This document shows, one piece after another, positions 1 to 15,160 of a stretch of DNA of 64,000 nt (positions are counted from its first letter, which is position 1; every line of letters begins with the position of its first letter). The notes beneath the pieces were generated by a model, which worked only from the letters and a program-made list of their open reading frames with translations, made no database searches and was not told the origin of the DNA. The translations under genes and the position numbers were made by a program. Source of the DNA: the human T2T-CHM13v2.0 reference genome, Homo sapiens; NCBI RefSeq assembly GCF_009914755.1, contig NC_060940.1; one strand, given 5' to 3'.

Positions 1-3000
1 TCGTGTTCATTCTATGGTTCCACAGGTTTCCATTCGTGTCCATTCCATTATTCCATTCTATTCCATTTCATGATGATTCCATTCGATTCCATTCATTGGT
101 GATTCCACTCAATTCCATTCAATGATTCCATTCCATTTTTTCAACAATGATTCCATTAGGTTCTAATCGATGATCCACTTGATTCCATTTGATGACGATT
201 CCATTCTTGCCATTCGATGATTCCATTTGATTCCATATGATGATGATTCCATTCGATTCCATACGATGATGATTCCATTCGAGTCCATTCAATGGTGATT
301 CCATTCCATTCCATTCCATGATTCCTTTTGATTCCATTCGATGATGATGGCATTCGATTCCTTTCAATCATTCCCTTTGATTCCATTCAAAGGTGATTTC
401 ATTCAAGTCCATTCGATAATTGCATTCGATTCCATTCTATGATGATTCCATTCGAGTCCATTTGATGATTCCATTCAATTCAAGTCAATGATGATTCCAT
501 TCGATTCCATTCGATGATTCCATTGGATTCCATTCGATGATGATTCCATTCAAATCCATTCGATAATTCAATTCAAGTCCATTCGATGATGATTCCAATC
601 GAATCCATTCAAAGATTCCATTCAGTTCCATTCGATGATAACCTTAGATTCCATTCGATGATTCCACTTGTTTCCATTTACGATGATTCCATTCGATTCC
701 ATGTGATGATTCCATTCAATTCTATTCAATGATGTCTCCATTTGATTCCATTCGACCATGATTGCCTTTGCTTCCATTCAATGTTTCCATTCGGTTCCTT
801 TTGATGATAATTCCGTTCGATTCCATTTGATGATTCCATTTGATTCCATTGGATGAGTCCATTCGATTACATTCGATGATTATTCCATTCGAGTGCATTA
901 GATGATTCCATTCGAGTCCATTCGATGATTCCATTCGATTCCATTCGATGTTGATTCTGTTCAAATCCATTCGATGATTCCACTCGATTCCATTCGATGA
1001 CTCCATTTGATCCCATTCGATGATTTCCTGTGATTCCCTTTGATGATCATTCCATTTGATTCAATTCGGTGATTTCATTTGATTCCATTCAGTGATGTTT
1101 CCATTCCACTCCATTCGATGATGATTCCATTCGACTCCATTCGATTATGATTTCATTCAATTCCATTCGATAATGATTCCCTTCAAGTCCATTCGATGAT
1201 TCCATTCGATTCCATTCAACGATGATTTGATTCGTGTCCATTCGATGATTCCATTTGATTCCACTTGATGATGATTCCATTCGAGTCCATTTGATGATTC
1301 CATTCAATTCCATTCTCCGATGATTTCTTTTGAGCCCATTCAATGCTTCCACTCGATTCCATATGATGATGACTCCATTCGATTAAATTCGATGATGATT
1401 CCGTTCGCTTGCGTTCGATGATGATTCCACTTGAGTCCGTTAGAAGATTCTATTCAATTACATTCCATGACGATTCCGATCGAGTCCATTTGATGATTCC
1501 ATTAGACTCCATTCGACGATGATTCCATTCGATGTTATTCGATGATTCCATTCGATCTCATTCGATGATGATTCCATTCAACTCCATTCGATGTTTCCAT
1601 TCGAGTTCATTCTATTATTCCATTAGATTCCATTCGATGATGATTCCATTCGATTCCATTTGATGATTGCATTCTATTTCATTTGATGGTGATTCCATTC
1701 GAGTCCACTCGATGATTCCATTCGAGTCCATTTAATGAATCCATTGGTTTCAATTCTATGATGATTACATTGGATTCCATTCGTTGATGATTTCATTCGG
1801 TTCCATTCAATGATGATTCCATTCAATTCCTTTCAATGTTTCCATTCAATTGCATACGATGATGCTTCCATTTGATTTGATTCGACAGTGAGCCATTCGA
1901 TTCAATTCCATGATGAATCTATTTTATTCAATTGGTTGACATTTCCATTCGATTCCATTCGATGATGATTCCCTTTGATTCCATTCAAAGATGATTCCAT
2001 TCTAGCCCATTCAATCATTCCATTCGATTCTATTCAATGATGATTCCATTCATGTCGATTTGGTGATTCCATTTGACTTCATTTGATGATGATTCCTTTC
2101 AAGTTCATTAGATGATTCCATTCGATTCCATTTGATGATGATCCCATTCGAGTCCATTCAGTGATTCCATTCGTTTCCATTCCATGATGATTCCATTCCA
2201 TTCCATTCAATGATTCCATTCGATTCCGTTTGATGATGATTTCATTCGAGTCCATTTGATGTTTCCATTCGTTTCCATTCCATGATGATTCCATTCCATT
2301 CCATTCAATGATTCCATTCGATTCCGTTTGGTGATGATTTCATTCGAGTCCATTTGATGATTCCATTTGATTCCATTCGATGATGATTCCATTCGAGTCC
2401 ATTCGATGATTCTATTCGAATCCACTTGATGATTTCTTTTGATTATAGTTGGTGATGATTCCATTGGAGTCCATTCAATGATTCCATTCGATTCCAATCG
2501 ATGGTGATTCCATTAGAGTCCATTTAATGATTCCATTTGATTCCAGTCTCTGATGATTACATTCGAGTCCATACGATGATTCCACTCAATTCCATATGAT
2601 GATGATTCCATTCGATTCCATTCGATGATTCCATTCTACTCTAATCGATGATGATTCCATTCGATTCCATTCGATGATGATTGGATTCGATTCCATTTGA
2701 TGATTTCATTTGATTCCATTCGTTAATGATTTCGATCAACTCCATTCGATGATTCCATTCGATTCCATTCGATAATGATTACATCCGAGTCCATTCGATG
2801 ATTCCATTTGAGCCCGTTCGATAATTCCATTTGAGTCCAATCAATGATTCCATTCATTTCCATTCAATGATTCCATTCGAGTCCATTTGATCATTCTGGT
2901 AGGGTCCGTTCGATGTTGATTCCATTGGAGTGCATTCGATGATTCCATTCGAGTCCATTTTATGATTTGATTCGAGTCCTTTCGATGATTCCATTCGATT

Positions 3001-3193
3001 CCACTCGATGATGATTTCATTCGAGTCCATTCGACACTTCCAATCGATTCCATTTGATGTTTCCATTCGAGTCCAATTGATGATTCCATTCAATTCCATT
3101 CGATGATGATTCCGTACGATTCCATTCTGTGATGATTCCATGTGATTGCATTCAATGATGATTCCTTTCGATTGCATTCGATTGTGATTCATT
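1..3193 (+). repeat. Unit U1, truncated variant (3193 bp)
   Basis: Marker to marker 1-3194. Contains a 98-bp duplication (~2170-2365) and a ~3015-bp deletion (~2630) relative to the 6112-bp unit. Confidence 0.85.
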
Positions 3194-6100
3194 TCGTGTT
3201 CATTCTATGGTTCCACAGGTTTCCATTCGTGTCCATTCCATTATTCCATTCTATTCCATTTCATGATGATTCCATTCGATTCCATTCATTGGTGATTCCA
3301 CTCAATTCCATTCAATGATTCCATTCCATTTCTTTCAACAATGATTCCATTAGGTTCTAATCGATGATCCACTTGATTCCATTTGATGACGATTCCATTC
3401 TTGCCATTCGATGATTCCATTTGATTCCATATGATGATGATTCCATTCGATTCCATACGATGATGATTCCATTCGAGTCCATTCAATGGTGATTCCATTC
3501 CATTCCATTCCATGATTCCTTTTGATTCCATTCGATGATGATGGCATTCGATTCCTTTCAATCATTCCCTTTGATTCCATTCAAAGGTGATTTCATTCAA
3601 GTCCATTCGATAATTGCATTCGATTCCATTCTATGATGATTCCATTCGAGTCCATTTGATGATTCCATTCAATTCAAGTCAATGATGATTCCATTCGATT
3701 CCATTCGATGATTCCATTGGATTCCATTCGATGATGATTCCATTCAAATCCATTCGATAATTCAATTCAAGTCCATTCGATGATGATTCCAATCGAATCC
3801 ATTCAAAGATTCCATTCAGTTCCATTCGATGATAACCTTAGATTCCATTCGATGATTCCACTTGTTTCCATTTACGATGATTCCATTCGATTCCATGTGA
3901 TGATTCCATTCAATTCTATTCAATGATGTCTCCATTTGATTCCATTCGACCATGATTGCCTTTGCTTCCATTCAATGTTTCCATTCGGTTCCTTTTGATG
4001 ATAATTCCGTTCGATTCCATTTGATGATTCCATTTGATTCCATTGGATGAGTCCATTCGATTACATTCGATGATTATTCCATTCGAGTGCATTAGATGAT
4101 TCCATTCGAGTCCATTCGATGATTCCATTCGATTCCATTCGATGTTGATTCTGTTCAAATCCATTCGATGATTCCACTCGATTCCATTCGATGACTCCAT
4201 TTGATCCCATTCGATGATTTCCTGTGATTCCCTTTGATGATCATTCCATTTGATTCAATTCGGTGATTTCATTTGATTCCATTCAGTGATGTTTCCATTC
4301 CACTCCATTCGATGATGATTCCATTCGACTCCATTCGATTATGATTTCATTCAATTTCATTCGATAATGATTCCCTTCAAGTCCATTCGATGATTCCATT
4401 CGATTCCATTCAACGATGATTTGATTCGTGTCCATTCGATGATTCCATTTGATTCCACTTGATGATGATTCCATTCGAGTCCACTCGATGATTCCATTCG
4501 AGTCCATTTAATGAATCCATTGGTTTCAATTCTATGATGATTACATTGGATTCCATTCGTTGATGATTTCATTCGGTTCCATTCAATGATGATTCCATTC
4601 AATTCCTTTCAATGTTTCCATTCAATTCCATACGATGATGATTCCATTTGATTTGATTCGACAGTGAGCCATTCGATTCAATTTCATGATGATTCTATTT
4701 ATTCAATTGGTTGACATTTCCATTCGATTCCATTCGATGATGATTCCCTTTGATTCCATTCAAAGATGATTCCATTCTAGCCCATTCAATCATTCCATTC
4801 GATTCTATTCAATGATGATTCCATTCATGTCGATTTGGTGATTCCATTTGACTTCATTTGATGATGATTCCTTTCAAGTTCATTAGATGATTCCATTCGA
4901 TTCCATTTGATGATGATCCCATTCGAGTCCATTCAGTGATTCCATTCGTTTCCATTCCATGATGATTCCATTCCTTTCCATTCAATGATTCCATTCGATT
5001 CCGTTTGATGATGATTTCATTCGAGTCCATTTGATGATTCCATTTGATTCCATTCGATGATGATTCCATTCGAGTCCATTCGATGATTCTATTCGAATCC
5101 ATTTGATGATTTCTTTTGATTATATTTGGTGATGATTCCATTGGAGTCCATTCAATGATTCCATTCTATTCCAATCGATGATGATTCCATTAGAGTCCAT
5201 TTAATGATTCCATTTGATTCCAGTCTCTGATGATTACATTCGAGTCCATACGATGATTCCACTCAATTCCATATGATGATGATTCCATTTGATTCCATTC
5301 GGTGATTCCATTCTATTCTATTCAATGGTGATTCCATTGGAGTACATTAGATGATTCCATTCGATTCCATTCAATGATGATTCTATTTGTGTCCCTTAGA
5401 TGATTCCACATGATTCCATTAGATGATGATACTATTTGAGCCCATCCAATGATTCCCTTCGATTCCATTCGATGAGGATTCCATTCGATTCAATTCATTG
5501 GTGATTCTATTCAATTCAATTCTTTGATTCCATTCCATTCCATTCGACAATGATTCCATTCGATTTCTTTCGATGATTCCGCTCGATTCCACTTGACATT
5601 GATTCCATTCGATTCCATTCAATGATTCCGTTTGATTCCAGTGGATGATGATTGCCATCGATTCCATTCGATCACGCCATTCTATTCCATTTGATGATGA
5701 TTACATTCGATTCCATTTGATGATTCCATCTGATTCTATTCGAGGATTCCATTTGATTCCATTCGATGATGATTCCATTCGAGTCCATTCGATGATTTCA
5801 TTCCAGTACATCCAATGATTCCATTCGAGTCCATTTGATGATTCCATTTGATTCCATTTGATTATGATTCTACTAGAGTCCATTCAATGACTCCATTCGA
5901 ATCCATTCAACAATTCCATTCGAGTCCATTCGATGATTCCATTTCATGATTCCATTCGAGTCCATTTAATCATTACAGTCAAGTCCGTTTGGTGATTCCA
6001 CTGGATTTCTTTTGATAATGATACCATTCAATTACATTTGATGATGATCCCATTCAATTTCATTTGATGGTGATTCCATTAGAGTCCATTCGATGATTTC

Positions 6101-9100
6101 ATTCGAGTCCCTTCATTGATTCCATCCGATTTCATTTGATGATGACTCCATTCGAGTTCATTCGATGATTCCACTCGATTCCATTAGATGATTCCATTGG
6201 AGTCCATTTCATTGTTCCATTCGATTCCACTCGATTCCTTTCGAAGATTATTCCATTTGAGTCCATTCGATGATGATTCCATTCCATTCCATTCGATGAT
6301 TCCGTTTGATTCCATTCGATGATTCCCTTCGATTCCTTTCTTTGATGATTCCATTCCATTCCATTCAATGATTCCATTCGAATCTATTCCATGATGATTC
6401 CTTGCGATTCCATTCGCTGATGTTTCCATTCAATTCCATTCGATGATGATTCCATTCGATTCCATTCATTGAGGATTCCATTTGATTCCATTCAATGATG
6501 ATTCCGTTCTATTCCATTCAATGATTGCATTCAATTCCATTCAATGATTATCCCCTTAGAGTAAACTCAATGATTCCATTCAATACCATTCGATGATGAT
6601 TCCTTTTGAGTCCATTCAATGATTTCATTCAAGTCCATTTGATGATTCCTTTCAATTCCATTCTATGATGATTCCATTCGAGTCCATTCGATGATTCCAT
6701 TCAATTGCATTCGATGATTCCATTATATTCCAGTCAACGATGATTCCATTCGAGTCCATTCGATGATTCCATTAGAGTACATTTAATGATTGCTTTGTTT
6801 TCAATTCGAAGATGATTACATTGGATTCCATTCTATGATACCATTCGATTCCATTCAATGATGATTCCACTCAAATCCATTGGATGATTCCATTCGTGTC
6901 CGTTCGGTGATTTCATTAGATTCCATTCGAGGATGATTCCATTCGATTCCATTTGATGATTCCATTCAATTCCATTCGATGATGATTCCATTCCAGTCCA
7001 TATGATCATTCCATTTGATTTCATTCGATGATGATTCCATTCGATTCCATTCGACGATTCCATTCTATTCCATTCGATGATGATTCCATTCGAGTCCATT
7101 CGATGATTCCATTCGAGTCCATTTAATGATTCCATTGGGTTCAATTCAATGATGATTACATTGGATTCCGTTCTATGATTCCATTCAATTCCGTTCATTG
7201 ACAATTTGATTCCATTCGATGATGATTCCATTTGAGTTCATTCGATGATTCTATTCGATTCTCTTCGATGGTGATTCAATTCTATTATATTGGATGATTC
7301 CATTCGATTCCATTTGATGTTGATTCAATTCGATTCTATTCGATGATGATTCCATTGGATTTCACTTGATGATTCTATTCGATTCCATTCAATGATGATT
7401 CACTTCTCGTCCATTGGATGATTCCATTTCATTCCATTCGATGATGATTCCATTCGATTCCTTTCGATGATTCCATTTGATTCCATGCGACGGTGAGCAA
7501 TTCGATTCAATTCCATGATGATTCTATTTGATTCAATTAGATGATGTTTCCATTCGAATCCATTCCATGATTATTCCATTGGAATCCATTTGGCGATGAT
7601 TCCATATGAGTCAATTCAATGATGATTCCATATGGGTCCGTTCGATGATAATTCCATTTGATTTCATTCGATGCTTCTATTCAATTCCAGTCGATGATGA
7701 TTCCGTTGGAGTCCATACGATGATTCCATTTGATTTCATTTGATGATGATTCCATTCGATGATGATTACATTGGATTCCATTCTATGATTCCATTCAATT
7801 CCATTCGTTGATGATTCGATTCCATTCAATGATGATTCCATTTGAGTTCATTCGATGATTCTATTCGATTCCGTTCGATGGTGATTCAATTCTCTTATAT
7901 TGGATGATTCCACTCGATTCCATTTGATGATTATTCCATTGGAGTCCACTTAGTGAATCCTTTAGATTCTACTCGAAGATGATTCCATTCGAGTCCATTT
8001 GATGATACCATTCAATTCCATTCGTTGATGCTTCCATTCAAGTGCATTCGATGATATCATTCGATTCCACTTGATGATAATTCCATTTGATTCCATGCGA
8101 TGATTCTATTCGATTCCATTCAATGATAATTCCATTCAATTCAGTGATTCCTCTGGACTCCATTTGATGATGATTCCATTCAATGATTCCATTCGATTCT
8201 ATTCCAAAATGATTCCATTTGAATCCATTTGATGATGATTCCATTAGATTCCATTTGATGATTCCATTCGATTCCATTTGACGATGATTCCATTCGATTC
8301 CATTTGATGATTCCATTCTATTCTATTCGATGATGATTCCATTCGATTCCATTCGATGATGATTGGATTCGATTCCATTTGATGATTTCATTTGATTCCA
8401 TTCGTTAATGATTTCGATCAACTCCATTCGATGATTCCATTTAATTCCATTCGATAATGATTACATCCGAGTCCATTCAATGATTCCATTTGAGCCCGTT
8501 CGATAATTCCATTTGAGTCCAATCAATGATTCCATTCATTTCCATTCAATGATTCCATTCGAATCTATTCCATGATGATTCCTTGCGATTCCATTCGCTG
8601 ATGTTTCCGTTCAATTCCATTCGATGATGATTCCATTCGATTCCATTCATTGAGGATTCCATTTGATTCCATTAAATGATGATTCCGTTCTATTCCATTC
8701 AATGATTGCATTCAATTCCATTCAATGATTATCCCCTTAGAGTAAACTCAACGATTCCATTCAATACCATTCGATGATGATTCCTTTTGAGTCCATTCAA
8801 TGATTTCATTCAAGTCCATTTGATGATTCCTTTCAATTCCATTCTATGATGATTCCATTTGAGTCCATTCGATGATTCCATTCAATTGCATTCGATGATT
8901 CCATTATATTCCAGTCAACGATGATTCCATTCGAGTCCATTCGATGATTCCATTAGAGTACATTTAATGATTGCTTTGTTTTCAATTCGAAGATGATTAC
9001 ATTGGATTCCATTCTATGATACCATTCGATTCCATTCAATGATGATTCCACTCAAATCCATTGGATGATTCCATTCGTGTCCGTTCGGTGATTTCATTAG

Positions 9101-11056
9101 ATTCCATTCGAGGATGATTCCATTCGATTCCATTCGATGATTCCATTCAATTCCATTCGATGATGATTCCTTTCCAGTCCATATGATCATTCCATTTGAT
9201 TTCATTCGATGATGATTCCATTCGATTCCATTCGATGATTCCATTCTATTCCATTCGATGATGATTCCATTCGAGTCCATTCGATGATTCCATTCGAGTC
9301 CATTTAATGATTCCATTGGGTTCAATTCAATGATGATTACATTGGATTCCGTTCTATGATTCCATTCAATTCCGTTCATTGACAATTTGATTCCATTTGA
9401 TGATGATTCCATTTGAGTTCATTCGATGATTCTATTCGATTCTCTTCGATGGTGATTCAATTCTATTATATTGGATGATTCCATTCGATTCCATTTGATG
9501 TTGATTCAATTCGATTCTATTCGATGATGATTCCATTGGATTTCACTTGATGATTCTATTCGATTCCATTCAATGATGATTCACTTCTCGTCCATTGGAT
9601 GATTCCATTTCATTCCATTCGATGATGATTCCATTCGATTCCTTTCGATGATTCCATTTGATTCCATGCGACGGTGAGCAATTCGATTCAATTCCATGAT
9701 GATTCTATTTGATTCAATTAGATGATGTTTCCATTCGAATCCATTCCATGATTATTCCATTGGAATCCATTTGGCGATGATTCCATATGAGTCAATTCAA
9801 TGATGATTCCATATGGGTCCGTTCGATGATAATTCCATTTGATTTCATTCGATGCTTCTATTCAATTCCAGTCGATGATGATTCCGTTGGAGTCCATACG
9901 ATGATTCCATTTGATTTCATTTGATGATGATTCCATTCGATGATGATTACATTGGATTCCATTCTATGATTCCATTCAATTCCATTCGTTGATGATTCGA
10001 TTCCATTCAATGATGTTTCCATTTGAGTTCATTCGATGATTCTATTCGATTCCGTTCGATGGTGATTCAATTCTCTTATATTGGATGATTCCACTCGATT
10101 CCATTTGATGATTATTCCATTGGAGTCCACTTAGTGAATCCTTTAGATTCTACTTGAAGATGATTCCATTCGAGTCCATTCAATGATACCATTCAATTTC
10201 ATTCGTTGATGCTTCCATTCAAGTGCATTCGATGATATCATTCGATTCCATTTGATGATAATTCCATTTGATTCCATGCGATGATTCTATTCGATTCCAT
10301 TCAATGATAATTCCATTCAATTCAGTGATTCCTCTGGACTCCATTTGATGATGATTCCATTCAATGATTCCATTCGATTCTATTCCAAACTGATTCCATT
10401 TGAATCCATTTGATGATGATTCCATTAGATTCCATTTGATGATTCCATTCGATTCCATTTGACGATGATTCCATTCGATTCCATTTGATGATTCCATTCT
10501 ATTCTATTCGATGATGATTCCATTCCGTTCCATTTGATGATGATTGGATTCGATTCCATTTGATGATTTCATTTGATTCCATTCGTTAATGATTTCGATC
10601 AACTCCATTCGATGATTCCATTTGATTCCATTCGATAATGATTACATCCGAGTCCATTCGATGATTCCATTTGAGCCCGTTCGATAATTCCATTTCAGTC
10701 CAATCAATGATTCCATTCATTTCCATTCAATGATTCCATTCGAGTCCATTTGATCATTCTGGTAGGGTCCGTTCGATGTTGATTCCATTGGAGTGCATTC
10801 GATGATTCCATTCGAGTCCATTTTATGATTTGATTCGAGTCCTTTCGATGATTCCATTCGATTCCACTCGATGATGATTTCATTCGAGTCCATTCGACAC
10901 TTCCAATCGATTCCATTTGATGTTTCCATTCGAGTCCAATTGATGATTCCATTCAATTCCATTCGATGATGATTCCGTACGATTCCATTCTGTGATGATT
11001 CCATGTGATTGCATTCAATGATGATTCCTTTCGATTGCATTTGATTATGATTCATT
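3194..11056 (+). repeat. Unit U2, expanded variant (7863 bp)
   Basis: Internal 2181-bp tandem duplication (ORFs 6833/9014 and 8038/10219) and a 418-bp deletion at ~4480. Confidence 0.87.
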
Positions 11057-14000
11057 TCGTGTTCATTCTATGGTTCCACAGGTTTCCATTCGATGACGTT
11101 TCCGTTCGTGTCCATTCCATTATTCCATTCTATTTCATTTGATGATGATTCCATTCGATTCCATTCATTGGTGATTCCACTCAATTCCATTCAATGATTC
11201 CATTCCATTTCTTTCAACAATGATTCCATTAGTTTCTATTCGATGATCCACTTGATTCCATTTGGCGATGATTCCATTCGTGTCCATTCGATGATTCCAT
11301 TTGATTCCATATGATGATGATTCCATTCGATTCCATACCATGATGATTCCATTCGAGTCCATTCAATGGTGATTCCATTCAATTCCATTCGATGATTCCT
11401 TCCGATTCCATTCGATGATGATGACATTCGATTCCTTTCAATCATTCCCTTTGATTCCATTCAAAAGTGATTTCATTCAAGTCCATTCGATAATTGCATT
11501 CGATTCCATTCTATGATGATTCCATTCGAGTCCATTTGATGATTCCATTCAATTCAAGTCAATGATGATTCCATTCGATTCTACTCGATGATTCCATTGG
11601 ATTCCATTCGATGATGATTCCATTCAAATCCATTCGATAATTCAATTCAAGTCCATTCGATGATGATTCCAATCGAATCCATTCAAAGATTCCATTCAAT
11701 TCCATTCGATGATGATTCCCTTAGATTCCATTCGATGATTCCACTTGATTCCATTTACGATGATTCCATTCGATTCCATGTGATGAATCCATTCAATTCT
11801 ATTCAATGATGTTTCCATTTGATTCCATTGGACCATGATTGCCTTTGATTCCATTCAATGATTCCATTCGGTTCCATTTGATGATGATTCCGTTCGATTC
11901 CATTTGATGATTCCATTTGATTCCATTGGATGAGTCCATTCGATTACATTCGATGATTATTCCATTCGAGTGCATTAGATGATTGCATTCGAGTCCATTC
12001 GATGATTCCATTCGATTCCATTCGATGTTGATTCTGTTCAAATCCATTCGATGATTCCACTCGATTCCATTCGATGACTCCATTTGATCCCATTCGATGA
12101 TTTCCTGTGATTCCCTTTGATGATCATTCTATTTGATTCAATTCGGTGATTTCATTTCATTCCATTCAGTGATGTTTCCATTCGACTGTATTCGATGATG
12201 ATTCCATTCGACTCCATTCGATTATGATTTCATTCAATTCCATTCAATAATGATTCCCTTCCAGTCCATTCGATGATTCCATTCGATTCCATTCAACGAT
12301 GATTTGATTCGTTTCCATTCGATGATTCCATTTGATTCCACTTGATGATGATTCCATTCGAGTCTATTTATGTATTATATTCGTGTCCACTTCATGATTC
12401 CATTCAATTCCATTTAATGTTGATTCCATTTGATTCCATTTGATGATTCAGTTCGATTCCTTGCAATGATTCCCTACGATTCCTTTCTATGATGATTCCA
12501 TTCGATTCCATTCATTTATGATTTCATTCGACTCCATTCGATGATGATTCCTTTCGATTCCATTTGACGATGTTTCCATTCGAGTCCATTCGATGATGAT
12601 TCTATTCAATTCTGTTCTATTATGATTCCATTCGATTTCATTCAATGCTTCTATTTGATTCCATTCGATGATGATTCCATCTCTTTCCCTTCGATGATTC
12701 CATTTGATTCCATTCAGTGATGATTCCATTTGATTCCATCTGATGATGATTTCACTTGATTCCTTTCAATGATGATTCAATTCAAGTCCATTCGATGATT
12801 CCATTGGAGTCCAAACGATCATTCCGTTCGATTCCATTCAATGGTGATTCCATTCATGTCCATTCGATGAATCCATTCAATTCCATTCGATGATGACTCC
12901 ATTCGAGTACATTCGATGATTCCATTTGATTCCATTTGAAGATGATTCCATTCAATTCCATTCGAAGATGATTCCATTCAATTCCATTCGATGATGATTC
13001 CGTATGAATCCATTCTCTGATTATTCCATTCGATTCCATTCATTGACGATTCCATTCAATTCCATTCAATGATGATTCTCTTCTATTCCATTCGATGATT
13101 CCGGTCGATTCCATTCGATGATGATTCCATTAGATTCCATTCGATTGTTGCATTCGATTCCCTTCGATGATGATTCCTTTGAATTCCATTCGATTATCAT
13201 TCCGTATGAATCCATTTGATGATTATTCCATTGGATTCCTTTCGATGATGATTCCATTCGATTCCATTTGATGATGTTTCTCTTGTATTCCATTGGATAA
13301 TTCCTTTCAGTTCCCTTCGATGATTATTCTTTCGAGTCAATTCGATGATTCTATTCCATTCCCTTCGATGATGATTCCATTTCACTCCATTTGATGATTC
13401 CATTCGACTCAATTTGGTGATGATTCAATTCGATGACATTCGATGACTCCATTCAATTTCATTTGATGATGATTACATTCGAGTCCATTTGATGATTGTA
13501 TTCCTTTCCTTTTGATGATTATTCCATTCGTGTCTATTCAAAGATTCCATTCTATTCCATTCAATGATGATTGCATTTGATTCCATTCAATGATTATGGC
13601 TATCGATTCCACTCGTTGATTCCATTTGATTCCGTTCGATGATTATTCCGTTAGATTCCATTAGAAGATTCCATTCGATTTTATTCAATGATTCCAATGG
13701 ATTCCATTCAATGATGATTCCATTCGACTCCATTCAGTGATTCCATTCGAGTCCATTTGATGATTCCATTCTTTTCCATTTGATGATGATTCCATTAGGG
13801 TCCATTCAATGATTCCATTCGAGTCCATTCGTTAATGCCTTTCGAGTCCTTTTGATCACTACATTCGAGTCCATTCAATGATTCTATTCGATTCCATTCC
13901 ATGATGATTCCATTCGAGTTCATTCGATGATTGCATTCGAGTCCATTTGATGATTCCATATGATTCCCTTCGACAATGCTTCCATTCGTGTCCATTTGAT

Positions 14001-15160
14001 GATTCCATTCATTTCCTATCGATGAAGATTCCATTCAAGTGTATTCGATGATTCCATTCAAATCCATTCGATGATGATTCCATTCCAGTCCATTCGATCA
14101 TTCCACTTGATTCCATTTGATGACTATTCCATTCAAATCCATTTGATGATTCCATTCGATTCCATTCGATGTTACCATTCGAGTATATACGATGATTCCA
14201 CTCGATTCCATTTGATGATTATTCCATTGGAGTCCACTTAGTGAATCCTTTAGATTCTACTCGAAGATGAATCCATTCGAGTCCATTCGATGATACCATT
14301 CAATTCCATTCGTTGATGCTTCCATTCAAGTGCATTCGATGATATCATTCGATTCCATTTGATGATAATTCCATTTGATTCCATGCGATGATTCTATTCG
14401 ATTCCATTCAATGATAATTCCATTCAATTCAGTGATTCCTCTGGACTCCATTTGATGATGATTCCATTCAATGATTCCATTCGATTCTATTCGAAAATGA
14501 TTCCATTTGAATCCATTTGATGATGATTCCATTGGATTCCATTTGATGATTCCATTCGATTCCATTCGATGATGATTCCATTCGATTCCATTTGATGATT
14601 CCATTCTGTTGTATTCGATGATGATTCCATTCGATTCCATTCGATGATGATTGGATTCGATTCCATTTGATGATTTCATTTGATTCCATTCGATAATGAT
14701 TTCGATCAATTCCATTCGATGATTCCATTCGATTCCATTCGATAATGATTACATCCGAGTCCATTCGATGATTCCATTTGAGCCCGTTCGATAATTCCAT
14801 TTGAGTCCAATCAATGATTCCATTCACTTCCATTCAATGATTCCATTCGAGTCCATTTGATCATTCCGGTAGGGTCCGTTCGATGTTGATTCCATTGGAG
14901 TGCATTCGATGATTCCATTCGAGTCCATTTTAGGATTTGATTCGAGTCCTTTCGATGATTCCATTCGATTCCACTCGATGATTTCATTCGAGTCCATTCG
15001 ACACTTCCAATCGATTCCATTTGATGTTTCCATTCGATTCCAATTGATGATTCCATTCAATTCCATTCGATGATGATTCCGTACGATTCCATTCTGTGAT
15101 GATTCCATGTGATTGCATTCAATGATGATTCCTTTCGATTGCATTCGATTATGATTCATT
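11057..15160 (+). repeat. Unit U3, chimeric variant (4104 bp) containing a non-canonical HSat2 block
   Basis: Canonical sequence up to ~12364, sequence found nowhere else in the window from ~12365 to 14190, then canonical again. Confidence 0.85.
12365..14190 (+). repeat. Divergent ~1.83-kb HSat2 segment unrelated to the 6.1-kb unit consensus
   Basis: Single-copy words (TATTTATGTATTATATTCG, TCCCTACGATTCC, CCGGTCG, TATGGCTATCG, CATTAGGGTCC). ORFs 12487, 12854, 13066, 13197 and 13795 have no counterpart elsewhere in the track. Confidence 0.82.

Noticed and set aside
12365-14190. Transposable-element insertion
   Set aside because: The segment is still CATTC-derived satellite, with no target-site duplication, poly(A), LTR/TIR or Alu/L1 similarity, and it replaces sequence rather than simply inserting.
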